Assembly: GCA_965649765.1 (NCBI GenBank)
Contig: OZ287748.1
Location: 73,842,001 to 73,906,000 of the forward strand
Origin: Bispira polyomma
Taxonomy: Eukaryota
DNA: 64,000 nucleotides
Direction of reading: 5' to 3'
Shown: positions 59,957-64,000 of the stretch, piece after piece
How the letters are laid out: every line of letters begins with the position of its first letter
How positions within the stretch are numbered: position 1 is the first letter of the stretch
The notes under the pieces: generated by a model
Told to the model about the DNA's origin: nothing
Seen by the model: only the letters and a program-made list of their open reading frames with translations
The model's database searches: none
Translations under genes and position numbers: made by a program

Positions 59957-60394
59957 TCTACGTTTCCATGTCGGCAATTGGCAACGGCGATCAGCCGACG
60001 GGCAATCGGCAATTTTTAGGTTTCCATACAATTATTTGAGAAAATAGATACCTGTATTTAAACTTAAATATAATATTTTAGCCATTCCTTAACCGATTTT
60101 GATGCAACGAAAAGGACAATATACCCAATAAAATAAGCTTTCTCACCATATTTTCACGAAAATTTTACCTTTAGTAATTTTTGAGTTAATAATACAGAAT
60201 CGGCAATGTTTACACAGGGACATGCGATGCTAGGCAATTTCTTTCGCTCCTGGTACCGAAAAAATCTCCTGACATTGCCCGCTGCCCGTTGGCGTTGCTC
60301 ACATGGAAACACTTGGTTATAAAACAATGAAACTGATAGAATTGCCGTCGGCCGGTTGCCTACATAAATTGCCTGCATGGAAGCGCTCACTAGA
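59957..60394. mobile_element. CpG-rich non-autonomous DNA transposon (about 440 bp)
   Basis: Inverted ends CGTTTCCATGTCGGCAATT / AATTGCCTGCATGGAAGCG. GGCAA motifs repeat in the left and central part and TTGCC in the right part. Flanked by a 9-bp direct repeat GAATCTAAG (59948-59956 and 60395-60403). Confidence 0.65.
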
Positions 60395-60440
60395 GAATCT
60401 AAGCACACTAGTTAGTAGTAGTTGTGATAGCTTATATATT

Positions 60441-60626
60441 TAGTAGAACCTCCATTATCCAAACTTCTATTATCCGAATATTAAATTTCATGAAGTCATT
60501 TCCACTATCTCAAATTTATGTATCCGTATTGTTTTATACAGAAATACCTCTTCTATTTGACAAATCTTCTATTATCCAAACAAAATCTTGCTCTCCCAAT
60601 GTGTTTGGGTAATAGAGGTGTTACTG
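60441..60626. mobile_element. MITE family B (about 190 bp, Tc1/mariner-pogo type TIR CAGTAGAACCTC.ATTATCC, TA target)
   Basis: TAGTAGAACCTCCATTATCCAAAC ... GTTTGGGTAATAGAGGTGTTACTG|TA. Related copies or fragments lie at about 2304-2493, 15205-15392, 20672-20853, 23396-23445, 44667-44782, 46924-46957, 48273-48419, 49957-50099, 58468-58600 and 60772-60940. Confidence 0.7.
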
Positions 60627-63600
60627 TATTCCCATTGGTAATTTATGTTGAATTTCAATGGACCAGGAGAAGTACCTCTACTTAAGCAAGATTTCCACTG
60701 AACAGGGTAGATTTTAAAATAGAAGGTCTTGTGTGAGTCTGCATAATTCTAATCAAAGCAAAATTAATTCTGAACCTCTGTTATTTAAATACTTTGGGAA
60801 AGTGATAATATTTTTAGCATAATTGAATACTCTTTAGTTATAAAACAACAAGAAAATACATATTTAGGAAAGTAAAACTGAGTTCATGAAATAAAATACA
60901 TGGACAACAGATGTATGGATAATATGGGCTTCTACTACTGTATGTGTACTCAATGATCTTTTCCTTTGAAATCTACCCTGTTAAGTGGAAATCCTGCTTA
61001 AGTAGAGATATTTTTCTGGTCCCTCAAGGTTGAATTTAAAATGGTTCAACTGTACATATATATATTTTACATCATGTTTGCAGAGAGAGAAAAATAGTAG
61101 TTTCTCTGATATTCCATGCAAAATAGAGTAAACCATTTACTGTTACCTCTTGCGAGAGTCCTTAAATATCATGCTCTAGATCTACAAAGAAATAATTCTA
61201 ATATGCATTTAGCACAGCACCCACTTAAGAATGAAGTATTACATCTCCAGATATACAAAGATTAAATCTATTATAAAATTTAACACAACACTTGCTCAAG
61301 ATGTGGCATCATCAGATCTTAAGATGTGCACCCTAACTTTCTGCTGCAGGTGAGCAGCCACCAGGGACTCAAGATATTCCAAGCCTGTGATATAACACTC
61401 AACTTACAATACAGTCTACAATCAGCTATCATTGACAATAAAAGGGGATGGGGGGGCTGGTTAACAAACTGTACCTACAAATCTATCTGTATTTACAGTC
61501 AGTAAAAAAAGTCAGCATAATCACTTTTACTTTTTTCTGAATTTTTTTTGCAATTCTACAATAAAAACATACACCTAGGAAAGAACAAAAGAGGAGTGCT
61601 ATATGGGTACACCGCTAATGTAATGGTAATTGTACAAGAGGAGTCAATAGCCAGAATATCACCTGAGACCAGCAGGGCCAAATGGAAAATACTCCATAGA
61701 AAGGACTATAGTTCCTTTTTTTGTCTCTAAAAACAACAGCAAACACCTGATGCTTTTCCACTCCCCTTTTTCTATATCATCACTGATTCCTTGAAAACTA
61801 CCTGAATTACTCAACACGCCCTATTCTTCCCTTAATTACCATAAATTAGGATGCAATTTAAAACTGACCCTATTTTACCAGGCGCTACCTGAATAACCTG
61901 AGTCAAACTTAAACTGGCTTTGATCTTATCTTAAAATAATAGTAAATGGTTAAATTTTGTAATAGAAAAGACTTTTAAGTCACATTTAATATAATAAATT
62001 ACCCCCATTATATTTTATACTGAGATTCTGATTAAGTAAACCCCCAAAGCTGTAACTTATTTCACACCCTCTCACCCACTCGCCCAGTCCTTCCTAAAAT
62101 ACTTGTTTTTAAGATATTACGTGTGTACTGAGAACTCCTCCTTCATCAACTGAGATCTACAAATCTGTTCCCGTGGTGACACTAACAGCTTTCAGCACAG
62201 TCATTACAATATTTTAGGAGGCAATGAAATTTTTGCATGTGTAACTCCATAAAAATCAACACACAAAATCAGCACTGAAGTCCCAATGGCCAAGTGCACA
62301 TGTACTAGTTATACTCTCCTCCCTCAAACTCAAAATATGATTTGTTTGATATAAAAACTACTTCACATCTTGATTGTATAAAAGGTAAAACCAACTATTT
62401 TCAACTATAATATCTGATGTGTTTTCAATTCACTGTTGCGATTGTTTATACAATAGTTCATTCCTTAGAGCTATCAGAGCATTTGTAACTGTTGTCACAA
62501 ACTTAACCATGACTTAAACTTGACTTGAGAAGCATTATTTAACGCCCTGTACAGTAAGCGTTGGACTCAGGTGTGTTGCCAGCAGCCAGTTTTCTGTGTT
62601 GTTACACATTTCATAATACACTGCCAAGCTGTATGCCTATGTAAAGATTAAACGTCCTCAGCAAACTATTATTGCATCAAGTCATGCATTCTGTCCCTCA
62701 GTAGCTCGCACCTTGCCAGGAGCCATAGCTCCTCTGGATACGGAAGAAACTTACTTCCAGGAACCATTAACTTGAAAGGAAGATTGTGGATATACGTGTA
62801 CTTTTGTATAAGAGCATAGCTAGCAAATACTGTATCGTTCAGATTATTCTAAATGATTTTGATAGCCATTACAGTTGAGAGTTGCAGCCTAAATCAAAAT
62901 AATGTTATTTTATGAAGTGAAATTCTTGCGATGCCAACTAGTCAGTCAAATGTTAGAAAAAAAATACATTAAAACTTTATCTAAAAGTTTAAAAGTATGT
63001 TAAACTAAACTTTTAAATTATAAAAACAGTAACCATGCTATGTTAAAAATATATTAATGAGAAATATAATGACATGTATCTTCTCGGCAACACAAAGGAG
63101 TCAATAACTATACGATAACTATCAAGATCACACTATTGTAATTAATGTCTATAATAATAACTTTATATGATCAAGTTCTTACATTAAAGATGATTAAAGA
63201 TAAATGTTGATTGCTGTATATATTTCTCTGTATTTGAAAAGTTTCCTAAATATTTATTTTGCTCAATGTTTTGTGTCTTGTAAACCATTATCTGTGTGTA
63301 CATTGAGGATGAAGTTTCAATTTTTCAGAAATTCACTGGAATTAATTTTCACCATTAGCTATATGTCAGTTCAAAATGTCAATCAAAATGAAAATCAATG
63401 TCCGCTATTGCTAAACACATTGGCTAAAGTAGCTAACATAAATTTTTGTGAAACTTCTCAGTGACACAGTATTTAATGGGCTCCCAGGCCCACTTTAGTT
63501 CAGCTTTTCACAACTAAGGGAGCAGTACATGTATTATCTCAAACTCTAGGTTATATCCTGTGTCACCATAACACTTCACCAATGACTCAACTTGCATCAT

Positions 63601-64000
63601 TTGTACATAAATGTTTCTGCAGAATTTGAGACACTGCAATATAAAATGCTACCATCAATGTCATCTGCATATTGTAAAATGGTAATGGTACTAGAGACTT
63701 TTAACTTGCCCAGTTCATTACCCGACAAATCTGTTCTAAATCGCAAGATCATTGACCGCATGGTTCTAATTCATAGTCGGGTCATCAGTAAGGATGTTAG
63801 CGGGCACCAGAGAATGCTATTTAGTCAGGCCACGTTGAAAAGATGTATTTTTTTGTTATCTTTAATATTTTGAAGCTAACCTATATATATATATATATAT
63901 ATCTATACATGTATTATAGCCAGAGTTAAGAACCTTTTGGAGAGTTGTTTAATGTTAGGGTTACTTACCATAGGGCAGTGGTTTACAGTGCTTCGGCACT

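Noticed and set aside
2497-63873. Most ORF-track entries (60-137 aa) as independent genes
   Set aside because: They are short, low-complexity, often start at TTG/GTG and show no recognisable domains. The only ones with real content overlap AHR exons and include intronic read-through, for example 30354-30674, 13482-13691, 13032-13301, 5375-5788 and 1167-1364.
1-64000. Autonomous transposon, retroelement, endogenous virus or prokaryotic-type defence system
   Set aside because: No long ORF and no transposase, reverse transcriptase, integrase or capsid motifs are visible on either strand. All mobile DNA seen is short and non-autonomous.

Overview
This is AT-rich, CpG-poor animal genomic DNA, most likely from an invertebrate (mollusc or other lophotrochozoan; an inference from the protein sequence and repeat types). 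It is not prokaryotic. It holds one recognisable protein-coding gene, an aryl hydrocarbon receptor (AHR / spineless / ahr-1 family, bHLH-PAS) on the minus strand. I reconstructed 10 coding exons by hand, all with GT-AG boundaries and a continuous frame: 41301-41261, 30651-30464, 15678-15560, 13637-13548, 13277-13142, 7929-7856, 5572-5379, 2614-2508, 1312-1171 and 579-<1. That is about 556 codons, and the C-terminus runs off the window. Five of these exons (1, 3, 6, 8, 10) are not shown in the correct frame by the ORF track. A CCAAT/GC-box promoter candidate lies at about 41990-42130, followed by about 22 kb of gene-free upstream DNA. Introns and the upstream region carry at least three families of degenerate MITEs, SINE and HINE remnants, hairpins and microsatellites. 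I found no wholly new multi-gene system. The most interesting items are: a His-rich bHLH-PAS linker; a remodelled PAS-B pocket; a Tyr-rich NGY-repeat C-terminal domain; uORFs and bHLH-PAS sites around the start; inverted MITE pairs bracketing exons; and a complex templated duplication/inversion at 50100-50520.
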